This document shows positions 48,907-59,481 of a stretch of DNA of 59,481 bases, piece by piece. The DNA lies in assembly GCF_004010195.1 (NCBI RefSeq), contig NC_057718.1, positions 25,882,402 through 25,941,882 of the forward strand. The letters run 5' to 3'. This DNA comes from Chiloscyllium plagiosum. Taxonomy: Eukaryota. The translations under genes and the position numbers were made by a program. Within the stretch, counting starts at the first letter, position 1, and each line of letters opens with the position of its first letter. The notes under the pieces were generated by a model. It had not been told where the DNA came from. It saw only the letters and a program-made list of their open reading frames with translations, and did not search any database.

Positions 48907-50319
48907 CAATCTTTTACAATAACAGTGTGTGGTGCATTTTGTCAGAGTACAGGGTCTGTGACATAGCCCTGTTACAATACAGATTATGTGGTATAGAATT
49001 GCTGTAGTATGAGCAATGTGGCAGTGTTACTTCAGCATGTCTGTGTGACACATTATAGTCAAATAATGAATTGTTTGTTACACCTTTCGATAGTTACTGA
49101 CCTCTACACTTGAATGTAACTGTTAAGGTGCTGATACTACAGCTTCTCTTTTCTAAATAACTAATGGGAGTGCAGCTCTTTCTGTTAACCTTGTCATCTT
49201 TGAGCTAATTTATTTTAACATGATCTGCTGGTATCAGTTTGTCAACTGTTACAGTTACACTGAGACATGGAAGTGGTAGAAAGTCTGTGCATAATGAGCA
49301 CTGTGTGCCAGCGAGAGAGCAGCATCAGCTGTCAAAAAAGGACGATGTGATCTGTTGAGTACTGGGAGTATGAGAAAGTAGGAAATTGAGTCAAGAAAGC
49401 AGCAGACTGGCCTCATCAGTGGACAACTGGGTAAATCTCATGTTTACATTGTGATGAAACTTGCTGCAATAGCCGTGTGTTTGACCATGAGAACCCACAA
49501 TTGGAATTTCCGAATTATTGGAAAAGACTAGAAGTGGTTGGAAGTAATACTATATTGCAGTGGGGCAAAGTAATGTTCTTGTGGAAAATAATTTACGTGA
49601 TAAAAATCATAAAGGAAATCTTCATAAATAAATTAGGTTTCATACCGTGTGCTGACTCTGATGTGTCAAAGAGTCTTTGTGAGCCTTTTTTGTATTGGTC
49701 ATGAGCTAAAATCTCTCCTTAATCCAAAATCAATAAACTAACAGAAACAAAATCATACAGTATGGAAGAGGGTGTTTGGCCCATCAAATCTGGACTAATA
49801 ATATCTACACTAAATCTACACTTTTCCCACTTCCCAACATTTGGCTCATAGCCTTGAATGTTGTGACCATCCAAGAATTTTTTAAAGGTCATGAAATGTT
49901 CTGCCTCAACTACCCTCCCAGGCATGCATTCCAAATTCCCACAACTTTCCAGGTAAAAATATTTTCCTCAAATCCCCTGTAAATCTCCTGCCTTTCACCT
50001 TCTGCATGCTAACCCTCCCCCACCCCAGCCCCGTTATCGAGTCTTCCATTAACGGTAATACTTGCTTTCTGTTCACTTTGTCCTTGCCCACAGAATTTAT
50101 ACACCTCAATCAGATCCCATTTCGGCCTTCTGTGCTCCAAAGAAAACACCCTTTTGCTCCGTTCCCAACAATATCCTAGTGAATCTCCTCTGCACTCCAT
50201 CTAATGTAATCACATCCTTCCTCTTGTGTGGTGACCAGAACTATACACAGTATTCCAACTGTGGCCTAACCAAAATTTTGTACAACTGCAACATAACATC
50301 TCTGCTCCAATAATCTATG

Positions 50320-51190
50320 TTGAGAGTGTAGTGCAGGTCAGACAGCATCCAAGGAGCAGGTTAATCGATGTTTCGGGCAAAAGTCCTTCATCAGGAATGA
50401 TTCTGTGAGCCTTGAGGATGGTGAGATAAATGAGAGGGGGATGGGGCTGGGGGGAAGATAGCTGAGAGTGCAACAGGTAGATAGAGGTAGGGGTAATGGT
50501 GATAGGTCGGAGAGAAGGGTGGAGCAGATAGGTGGGAAGGAAGATGGACAGGTCATGAGGGCAGTGCCGAGTTGGAAGGTTGGAACAGGGATAAAGTGGG
50601 GGGAGGGGAAATGAGGAAACTGGTGAAATCCACATTGATGCCGTGGGGGTGGAGGGTCCTGGGACAGAAGAAAAGGTGTTCTTCCTCCAGGTATTGAGTA
50701 GTTAGGGAGTGGTGCTGGAGGAGGCCCAGGACCTGCGCATCCTCGGCAGAGTGGGAGGGGGAGTTGAAGTGTTTGGCCATGGGCCAGTGGGTTTGGTTGG
50801 TGCGGGTGTCCTGGAGATGTTCTCTGAAGCACTCTGCAAGTAGGCGTCCTGTCTCCTAATGTAGAGGAGACCGCATTGGCAGCAACGGATATAGTAAATG
50901 ACATGTGTGGAAGTGGAGGTAAAACTCTGATGGATGTGGAAGTCTCCTTTGGGGCCTTGGACGAAGGTGAGAGGAGAGGTGTGGGCGCAGGTTTTGCAAT
51001 TCCTGCGGTGGCAGTGGAAGGTGTCGGGAGGGGAGGGTGGGTTGGTGGGGGGGGGGGGCATGGAGCTGATAAGGGAGCAGCGGAGGGAATGGTCTTTATG
51101 GAAAGCGGAGAGGGTTGGGGGGAATATATCTCTGGTGGTGGGGTCCATTTTTTGGTGGCGGAAATGGTGAGGATGATGCGATGTACAAGC
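50320..51190 (-). mobile_element. Penelope-like element 3' part (zinc-finger linker, GIY-YIG, UTR, terminus)
   Basis: CHRRNCKTC, FTSTSTHVIYYIRCCQCGLLYI, HFNSPSHS..VLGL..LEEEHL.F..TLHPHGINVDF; TSD AATCTATG at 50312-50319 and 51191-51198; CTGATGAAGGACTTTTGCCCGAAACATC near the terminus. Confidence 0.92.
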
Positions 51191-51383
51191 AATCTATGCC
51201 ACAACTGATAGAGACAAGTATCCCCTATGTCTTCTTAACTATCCTCTTAACCAATTCATCTGTCTTCAGGGATCTATGGACAAGCACCTTATGATCTCTG
51301 TTCTTTTGAGTTCCTAGTCTCCTGCCATTCATTGAGTAGTCCCTTGTTTTGTTCCTTCTTCCAAGATGCATCACCTCACACTT

Positions 51384-51931
51384 AGAGTCATAGAGTCATA
51401 GAGATGTGCAGCGTGGAAACAGACCCTTCGGTCCAACTCGTCCATGCCAACCAGATATCCCAATCTATTCTTGTCCCACCTGCCAGCACCTGGCCAATAT
51501 CCCTCCAAACCCTCCCTATTCATATAACCACCCAGACACCTTTTAAATGTTGCAATTGTACTAGCCTCTATCACTTCCTCTGGCAGCTCGTTCCATACAT
51601 GTACCACCCTCCGCATGAAAGAGTTGCCCCTTAGGTCTCTTTTATATCTTTCCCCTCTCACCTTAAACCTATGCCCTCCAGTTCTGAACTCCCCCTCCTC
51701 AGTGAAAAGACTTTGTCTATTTATCCTATCCATGCCCCTCATGATTTTATAAATCTCTATACAGTCACCCCTCAGCCTCCAACGCTCCAGGGAAAACAGC
51801 CCCAGCCTATTCAACCTCACCCTATAGCTCAAATCCTCCAACCCTGGCAACATCCTTGTAAATCTTTTCTGAACCCGTTCAAGTTTCACAACATTCTTCC
51901 GATTCGAAGGAGACCAGAATTGCACGCAATA
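51384..51931 (-). mobile_element. Younger CR1 3' fragment (same family as 47498-48030)
   Basis: YCVQFWSP..LERVQKRFTRMLPGL..WNELPEEV; (CTCTATGA)n tail. Confidence 0.93.
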
Positions 51932-52852
51932 TTGAATTCCATTAGCCACTGACCTGCCCTTCTGACCAATCCGCTTATATCAGCATGAAAACTAAGACTA
52001 AACTAAGTGAAGAAGACTGCTTCCTCATTGTCAACCACCTGGTTAATCTTTGTGTCAGCCACAAACTTACCTAACGTCCAGCCCACATTTTCTTCCTATG
52101 TCATTTATATAGATCACAAACAATAAGGGAGTTGGCACTGATTGCCACTGTACGCCACTAGACACGAGTCTCCAGTCACACAAACAGCCTTCTACAAGCG
52201 CTCTCTGTCTCCTAGCAACTGGCCCAGATGGATCCAACTGGCCAGTTACCCTGACCCCATATGCTTTCACCTTCTTTATCAGTCTCCATTGTGAAAGCCT
52301 TTGCTGAAATCCATATGAACTAAATCAACTGCACTACCCTCCTCCTAAATAATTGGTCACCTTCTTGAAAGTTTCTACTAAATTTGTCAGGCACGACCTC
52401 CCTCTGACAAAGCTGTGCTGACTATCCTTGATCAAGCCTTGCTCTACAAATGCAGGTTAATTGTCTCCTTCAGAACTTTGTCTGTAGTTCTCTACCACTG
52501 ATGGGAAGCTTGCTGGTCTGAAATTCCCTAGTTTATCTCTACCTCCCTTCTTAAAAAATGTAGAACCACATTAGCTATGCTCCTGTCCTCTGGCACTTCC
52601 TCTGTAGCTAGAGAGGAATTAAAAATTGTGGCCCTTGCGATTTCCTCCCTCATCTCCCACAGTAGCCTGGGATACAACTCATCTGGACCTGGGGATTTGT
52701 GCATGTTTAAGCCTGCCAAAACCTCCAACATCTCCTCACTGTCTATGTCAAACTGTTCAAGAATCTCATGGTCCGGCTTCCCTAATTTTGTACCTATATC
52801 CTCCTAGTCTAAAGTGAACAAAGCACTCATTTAACACCCTACCAATGTCAAA

Positions 52853-53066
52853 GAGAAATTGAGAACTGTCGATGCTGGCGATCAGTGTCGAGAGTGTGGT
52901 GCTGGAAAAGCACAGCAGGTCAAGCAGCATCCAAGCAGAAGGAGAATCAACGTTTCAGGCATAAACTCTTCATCAGGCCTAATGAAGGGCTTATACACAA
53001 AACATCGATTCTCCTGCTCCTTGGATGCTGCCTGACCTGCTGTGCTTTTCCAGCACCACACTCTCA
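52853..53066. mobile_element. Palindromic Penelope-derived element
   Basis: Arms meet head-to-head at CTTCATCAGG|CCTAATGAAG. Confidence 0.85.
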
Positions 53067-53069
53067 TAC

Positions 53070-53680
53070 AATCACATCCTCCCTGTAATGTGACGAACAG
53101 GACTGCACATAGTGCTCTAGCTGTGTCTCACCAAAGTTCTGTCCAACTCCAACATGGCTTTCCTGCTTTTATAAACTATGCCTCGATTGATTAAGGCAAG
53201 TGTCCATTTGTGTTTTTCACCACCCTACTAATATGCCATTCTGCCTTCAGAGATCCATGGACAAACACTCGAGGTCCCTTTGTTCCACAGAACATCCTAG
53301 TGTCATGCTGTTCATTGAATACTACCTTGTCAAATTACTCCTTCCAAAATATATCACCTCACACTTTTCAGGGTCAAATTGCATCTGCCACAAATCTGCC
53401 CATTTGACCATCCTGTCTTTACCTTATTGTAGCCCAAGACACTCAACCTCACTGTTAACCACCCGACTAATCTTTGTGTCATTCGCAAATTTACTTATTC
53501 AATCCTCCACACAAATATCTATGTCATTTATATAAATAACAAATAATAAGGGACACAGCACAGATCCCTCTATGCCATTGGCTTCCAGACACTAAATCAA
53601 CCTTCTGTCATCACCTTCTATCTCCTATAACTGAGTCAATTTTGAATCCACTTTATCAAATTATCCTGTATCCCATGTCC
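53070..53680 (-). mobile_element. Old CR1 RT relic
   Basis: Antisense of GSVLCPLLFVIYIND, KFANDTK and KCEVI.FG. Confidence 0.75.
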
Positions 53681-53689
53681 CCGTCCTCT

Positions 53690-54560
53690 GCTGAATGAGT
53701 TTAAATTCCTCCCAACAGCATAAGCAAAACTATCCACAAGGATGACAGTCCCATTCTGGTTCAGATACAGACTATCCTGCTTGTACAGGTCCCATCTTAC
53801 CCAGAAACACTCCCAGGGATCCAGGAATCTAAAACATTCCCTCCTGCACCAGTTCTTGAGCCACACATTCATCTGTACTATTGTCCTATTGCTGTCCTTT
53901 TTAGTAGGTGGCATTGGAAATAATTGAGAGATTACAGTCTTTGAGGGCCTGCTCTTTAGTCGACTGTCCATTTCCCTAAATTCTTGGTAGAAGACCTCAT
54001 CCTTATTCTCCTGATTTTGTTGGTACCAATGACCTCTGTTTTGTTACCCTCCTCCTTCAAGATGCCTCACAGCTACTCAGTGATGTCCATTACCCTAGCA
54101 CCAGGGAGGCAACACACCATGCTGGAGTCACACCTGTGGCCTCAGAAATGCCTGTCTGTTCCCCTATATAATGACTCCCGAATTAATGTCACTTCTGCTT
54201 TCTTCTTCCTCCCCTCCTGTACAGTGATGCTAGAAGCTTGGCTCCTCTACACTCCAATTTGTGGGCAACATGCCAGGGAACACATGCATCACCTGCCAAT
54301 TTTTTGTGACCGCCTGGTGCTCACCCATTCCCTTTTCTCTTCCAGTCCCTTAAGTCGCAATGTAATGAAGTCTCTGAATGTGCTGTCCACGTAACTCCCA
54401 GCCTCCTGGGTGCGCCAACGTGTCTCTAACTTCTGCTGAAGCTACAAAACCTGAGCTCAAGCTTCTGCAGTTGGGAGTACTTCCTGCCCATGTGGTTATC
54501 CAGGACTCCAGGAGGATGAAGGACTTCCCACAGATAGCAGAGCACACATTCCACTCGGCT
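53690..54560 (-). mobile_element. CR1 ORF1 relic (esterase/SGNH-like)
   Basis: VISQLFP...NRTIVQMNVWLKNWCRRECFRFLD.W..FW.RWDLYK.D.L.LN..G is typical of the CR1 ORF1 esterase domain. Confidence 0.8.
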
Positions 54561-54694
54561 GATTCAGTCTTACTTTCTAACTTTTCAAATTACTTGATCT
54601 TAAAGATACTTCCTTTCCCTTAACTTCAGTTTTCTTCTCTTATTCACTGACTTATACTCATCCCTGATGCTTTTCAGTTACTCCCCTAATAAGA

Positions 54695-55010
54695 GTGGCA
54701 TGGTGGCTCAGTGGTTAGCACTGCTGCCTCACAGCGCCGGGGACCTGGGTTCAATTCCTGCCTCGGGCAACTGTCTGTGTGGAGTTTGCACGTTCTCCCC
54801 ATGTCTGCGTGGGTTTCCTCCGGGTGCTCTGGTTTCCTCCCACAGTCACAAAGATGTGCAGGTCAGGTGAACTGGCTGTGCTAAATTGCCCATAGTGTTA
54901 GGTGAGGGGGTAAGTGTAGGGGAATGAATCTGGGTGGGTTGCTCTCCGGAGGGTCGGTGTGGACTTGTTGGGCCAAAGGGCCTGTTTCCACACTGTAGGG
55001 AATTTATCTA
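54695..55010 (+). mobile_element. HE1 SINE, well preserved
   Basis: Near-consensus A and B boxes, V-domain and tail. Confidence 0.92.
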
Positions 55011-55229
55011 ACCTCTTACCTCACAGGCCTTGGTCTGCACCTGCCCCCACTGATCTGTGAAAGTAGTTAGGGAAACAAGACAGCAATAAAATAACTCTCT
55101 GTTTCTCTCTTTCTCTCCCACTCCCTAACTATTAGCTCCAGTTGACTATCCAAGCTACAGTGGCCCCACAAAACTAAGGGAGATTGTTTTACACTTGGCA
55201 GCCTTTAAAGAGATTGCGACTGTTCTGGG

Positions 55230-56403
55230 GTGTCACTGACAGAAAGTGTGCCACTATTTGTACTTTTTAATGAAGGAGTCTCCTTATAAATAGTTGTCCA
55301 ATGGGCTTGCAACTCACCTCATTGTGAGTCAGCCACAGACAAGTAGCGAACTGATGGATTTTAGTCAGCTGGACATGAGGACCCAATGGCAATCCACTCA
55401 GCTGAGGATATAGTTCCAGGCTTTGGACGACACAACCCATTACCATGGGCAAAGTAAGTCAAAAATCCTGCAGGAATAATAATCCTTAACATTGAAAAAC
55501 TGTATTCAAGCTCTATTAAGGTATGTAGTAAACTGGAAGCAATTTGAAATCCTTAGGTGCTGGGTTTCTGGTTTTGATTTACTAACCAATGGGTTCTCTC
55601 TGTTTCGGAAGCAGGTAACTAACTTTTAAATATGTGTGTAGCCATGGTGATTTCTCCTAGGACAGTTCTTTGAAACATAGAATATAGAGCAGAAGTAAGC
55701 CATGCAGCCAATTGAGTTTGCTCCCCACTTCTCACCAAAGTTCTGTCCAACTCCAACATGGCTTTCCTGCTTTTATAAACTATGCCTCGATTGATTAAGG
55801 CAAGTGTCCATTTGTGTTTTTCACCACCCTACTAATATGCCATTCTGCCTTCAGAGATCCATGGACAAACACTCGAGGTCCCTTTGTTCCACAGAACATC
55901 CTAGTGTCACTGACAGAAAGTGTGCCACTATTTGTACTTTTTAATGAAGGAGTCTCCTTATAAATAGTTGTCCAATGGGCTTGCAACTCACCTCATTGTG
56001 AGTCAGCCACAGACAAGTAGCGAACTGATGGATTTTAGTCAGCTGGACATGAGGACCCAATGGCAATCCACTCAGCTGAGGATATAGTTCCAGGCTTTGG
56101 ACGACACAACCCATTACCATGGGCAAAGTAAGTCAAAAATCCTGCAGGAATAATAATCCTTAACATTGAAAAACTGTATTCAAGCTCTATTAAGGTATGT
56201 AGTAAACTGGAAGCAATTTGAAATCCTTAGGTGCTGGGTTTCTGGTTTTGATTTACTAACCAATGGGTTCTCTCTGTTTCGGAAGCAGGTAACTAACTTT
56301 TAAATATGTGTGTAGCCATGGTGATTTCTCCTAGGACAGTTCTTTGAAACATAGAATATAGAGCAGAAGTAAGCCATGCAGCCAATTGAGTTTGCTCCCC
56401 ACT
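55230..56403 (+). repeat. 500-bp direct duplication (55230-55729 and 55904-56403) with a 180-bp templated insert (55730-55909, copy of 53126-53305)
   Basis: No differences seen by eye between copies; identical ORFs at 55267 and 55941 (offset 674); GTGTCA shared at the second junction. Confidence 0.95.
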
Positions 56404-56568
56404 CACTGTGATCATAGCCTGCACCCTGTTTCTGCTTTCTCTCTTTTACTAGGAGTTATATCAACTCCTTCTTGAAAACATTAAATCTTTTAGCCTCAAC
56501 CATTTTTTGTGTCAGAGAATTCCATAGGTTGACCACCCTTTGGGTAAATAAATTTTAAGGCCTAGATG

Positions 56569-57403
56569 TGTAGTGAATGGGTTTTGCACACAATTAATAC
56601 ATTTTTGTTTATTTAGATTATTTTGTGACCCAGCACAGTAAGTACTGGTGCTTCAAGGTTTGTGAGAGTGTTTTAGAACTTGTGTGTTTTTTAAGTTTAA
56701 GGGAAATCCCCACAGCATAAAGTGGAAGACTTTTGGCTTTCACCTTTTACTTAGACTTTTGAGCAGTCCTGTGAAATCTTTGGAATAGGTTGGCTGTAAT
56801 TCGAAGGTCCAAAAGGGAAGAAAGTGTAGTGAATGAGGTGAGCTTAGAGTGAATAATTAATGTTTGACCCAGATCAGAAGTGTTAGGTTAAAACCCTGAA
56901 GAGATCACTTAAAGCTGAGTAGATTGGAGCTCAGGTGTATTAAAGCCCCATGAAGAAGTGATCTGCAGATCTAGTCTAAAAGTTGAAATAAGAAGTGACT
57001 TTAATTTATGAAGATGTGAAATATAGGGATTCTGATGTGAGTATTGTGTGAGTGATGTACTCATGTTTTGGGAACTATAAGAAGGCGTTGGTTTGGGTTA
57101 CTCTTTCACATAAAATGTTAGTTTTATTTTAATTTATAAAGGAGTGTTTTGAGATGAATGGGGTGATACATTTACTGTGTTTAACAATCTTCGGATTTAT
57201 GTTATATGCAGCAGGTTTAGTTTACTGTATTTTGTATTCATTTCTTTTGTGAATAAACTTGTTTTATTAATTAGAAATTTGCAACATTGCATGCCAGTGC
57301 TTCAGCAGGAGACTATTTTGTTAAAACTAAAACAAATCAAAATATGATCTGTCAAGCCAGATTCCTGATTTTTCCAGTCACACCATCAGCTGTGATCATA
57401 ACA
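56569..57403 (+). mobile_element. Possible old solo LTR
   Basis: TGTAGTGA...TCATAACA termini and AATAAA near 57252; no convincing TSD, and the 5' boundary is uncertain. Confidence 0.4.
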
Positions 57404-58308
57404 GAAATTTGATACTCTTGAGATTCTGTCCTGATGATTGCAAGCTAAAATGTTTTCACAATATGTCTCTATCTACAGCAATGCTCTAATTCTGCAAGAT
57501 CAAACTGCCAATAGTTTGTAACCTCATTTATTTATTTTCATTTGGTATCTTGTGTAATCTAGCAAGGTTCTGACTAATTGCTTAATACAATTGTGTCAGG
57601 AGCTATACAGTTGATTGTCCAACTCACAAACATTCCTGTTGCCCAGTCGACTGTGTGTTAATCTTTTTGGCTTTTGAATTTGCAACAAACATAAGTGCAA
57701 ATATCCATTGAAAGGCAATCGGAGAGTGTTTTTGACGAACAACGAGCTCTGTTCATTCACTTTTATGAACAAACTCCACCTCATTACCTATCTTCAGAAT
57801 GGTCAGGAGGCATAGGAGATTTTTACAGATTCTCCACTGGAACCAAAGAAAGGAGCTTCACATATTCAAAATAGTTCATTGATTGCCCAGAACATGTTAG
57901 CTCTTAGATTGACTTGCACAATCTGATTTATAGGAGCAATCTGGTCCAATATCATCCCACATGCTAGACTTTACAACAATCTAAATTATCAAACAGATTT
58001 ATTCATGAACAGAGTAATGAATGCATCAGCAGTAAAAACAACCTATCACAGTTTCATCAAGGGTATATAAACAAATCAGCGAGATGAGATCTATGTAGAT
58101 CTAAGATTTTAAAAAAGTCAGAATAAAGAAAACTGATTTATTTGTCAGTGAACAAATAGAATCGTCTGTTCAGAAAATATATAAGCATACACCCTGGTGA
58201 TGTCTTCTGTTCACTTGCTTCATAGCCAGATTAAACCAAATTGCTGTTATAGATAGTTGTAGGTCTTCCAGGTTGATAAACATCTTAGAATAGATCTTTT
58301 GAAGGTTG

Positions 58309-58635
58309 ATTAGATTCCCTACAGTATGGAAACAGGCCTTTCAGCCCAACAAGTCCACACCAACCCTCCAAAGAGTAACCCACCCAGACCCATTCCCCCA
58401 CCCTATATTTACCCCTGACTAATGCACCTAACACTGTGGGCAATTGAGCATGGCCAGTTCACCCAACCTGCACATCTTTGGATTGTGGAAGGAAACTGGA
58501 GCACCCGGAGGAAATCCACGCAGATACGAGGAGAATATGCAAACCCTACACAGACGGTTGCCTGAGGTGGGAATCAAACCTGGGTTGTTGGCGCTGTGAG
58601 GCAGTGGTGCTAACCACTGAGCCACCGTGCCACCC
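58309..58635 (-). mobile_element. HE1 SINE
   Basis: Reverse-complement full-length HE1. Confidence 0.9.
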
Positions 58636-59009
58636 AAATTCATAACAGAGGTAATGTACTTAAACCACCTCAGTAGTCTTCCCGATTGTAAACACAATGA
58701 TATGAGGAAGCTACTCTATATTGTTTGATGTGCCCTGACTGCTCTGGGCTGGTTTTCAGTTGCATTGACACCTGGCTGGAAGAGGCAATGCCTCAGTTGT
58801 TCCTTTTTAGATCAGAACATAAACACTTTATCGAAACTGCAGGTGTACTCACTCTTTGCCAAAAAAAAAGGATGAAAAATATACCAGCTTTGCAGAGGGA
58901 GAACCTGCAGCCAATCTCAAAAGGTGTTGCTCTCACAATTAAATTCATTCAGCTTTTTTTATAAGTGTAAAAACTGAGGACTGCAGATGCTGGAGATCAG
59001 AGTCAAAAT

Positions 59010-59481
59010 ACTTGGGAGGATTTGAACTAGTAAGGTGGGGGTGGGTGAGACCCAGGGAGATAGTGGGGTGTGTGGGACCCAGGGGGTAGTGGGGTGGGTG
59101 AGGCCAAGGAGATAGTGGGGTGGGTGGGACCCAGAGAGATAGTGAGGAAAGAGATCGATCTTGACGGGTACAGCTGAGAACAGAAGTGAGTCAAACAGTC
59201 AGGGCAGGCAGGGACAAGGTAGGACTAATAAATTAAACTGCATTTATTTCAATGCAAGGGGCCTAACAGGGAAGGCAGATGAACTCAAGGCACGGTTAGG
59301 AACGTGGGACTGGGATATCATCACAATTACGGAAACATGGCTTAGGGATGGGCAGGACTGGCAGCTTAATATTCCAGGATACAAATGCTCCAGGAAGGAT
59401 AGAAAGGGAGACAAGAGAGGAGGGGGAGTGGGGTTTTTGATAAGGGATAGCATTACAGCTGTGCTGAGGGAGGATATTCCC
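59010..59481 (+). mobile_element. CR1 LINE: ORF1 end, inter-ORF region and start of ORF2 endonuclease; runs off the right edge
   Basis: LNCIYFNARGLTGKADELKA.L.TWDWDIITITETWL..GQDWQLNIPGY....KDR.G.KRGGGV is an APE-type endonuclease N-terminus and is open to the window end. Confidence 0.9.
59035..59145 (+). repeat. Tandem repeat, about 26-27 bp x 4, G-rich
   Basis: Unit approximates GGGTGGGTGGGACCCAGGGAGATAGTG. Confidence 0.85.

Larger units (their letters stand above)
49750..52850 (-). mobile_element. Old CR1 ORF2 relic hosting nested Penelope and CR1 insertions
   Basis: Minus-strand KSPGPDELYPRLLWE, PLLFVIYIND, DLIEVYK and TFKKFLD remnants in colinear order. Confidence 0.85.

Noticed and set aside
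50338..51204. 288-aa proline-rich ORF
   Set aside because: It is mostly an alternative frame of the C-rich Penelope fragment; the real GIY-YIG is split over frameshifted frames.
22677..53066. Dispersed palindromes as a CRISPR-like array or miRNA cluster
   Set aside because: There is no regular repeat-spacer period; they are TSD-flanked retroelement termini.
5600..58697. Recurrent short ORFs such as MVAQWLALLPHS.. and KSTAGQAASKEQENR..
   Set aside because: They are chance translations of HE1 SINEs and Penelope-derived termini, not a gene family.

Overview
Repeat-rich, apparently non-genic (intergenic or deep intronic) vertebrate DNA. The repeat repertoire (HE1/V-SINEs, CR1 LINEs, several Penelope-like families, Rex1/Babar tails) points to a cartilaginous fish (shark); this is an inference. 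I recognised no host exon, RNA gene or CRISPR array. The main structured object is a 3.14-kb two-LTR endogenous retrovirus on the minus strand (14574-17712). It has a 5-bp TSD, a tRNA-Pro PBS and a PPT, keeps only gag, protease and integrase remnants (no RT, RNase H or env), and sits in an HE1 SINE that sits in an old CR1. Penelope-derived termini across the window carry minimal hammerhead-ribozyme motifs of about four sequence families. These include a young 387-bp palindromic element (28392-28778, 14-bp TSD) with an intact core on each strand. There are also three local templated copies of about 150-180 bp of different ages, one of them inside an apparently identical 500-bp duplication (55230-56403). 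Boundaries of old repeats are approximate, and identities were counted by eye.
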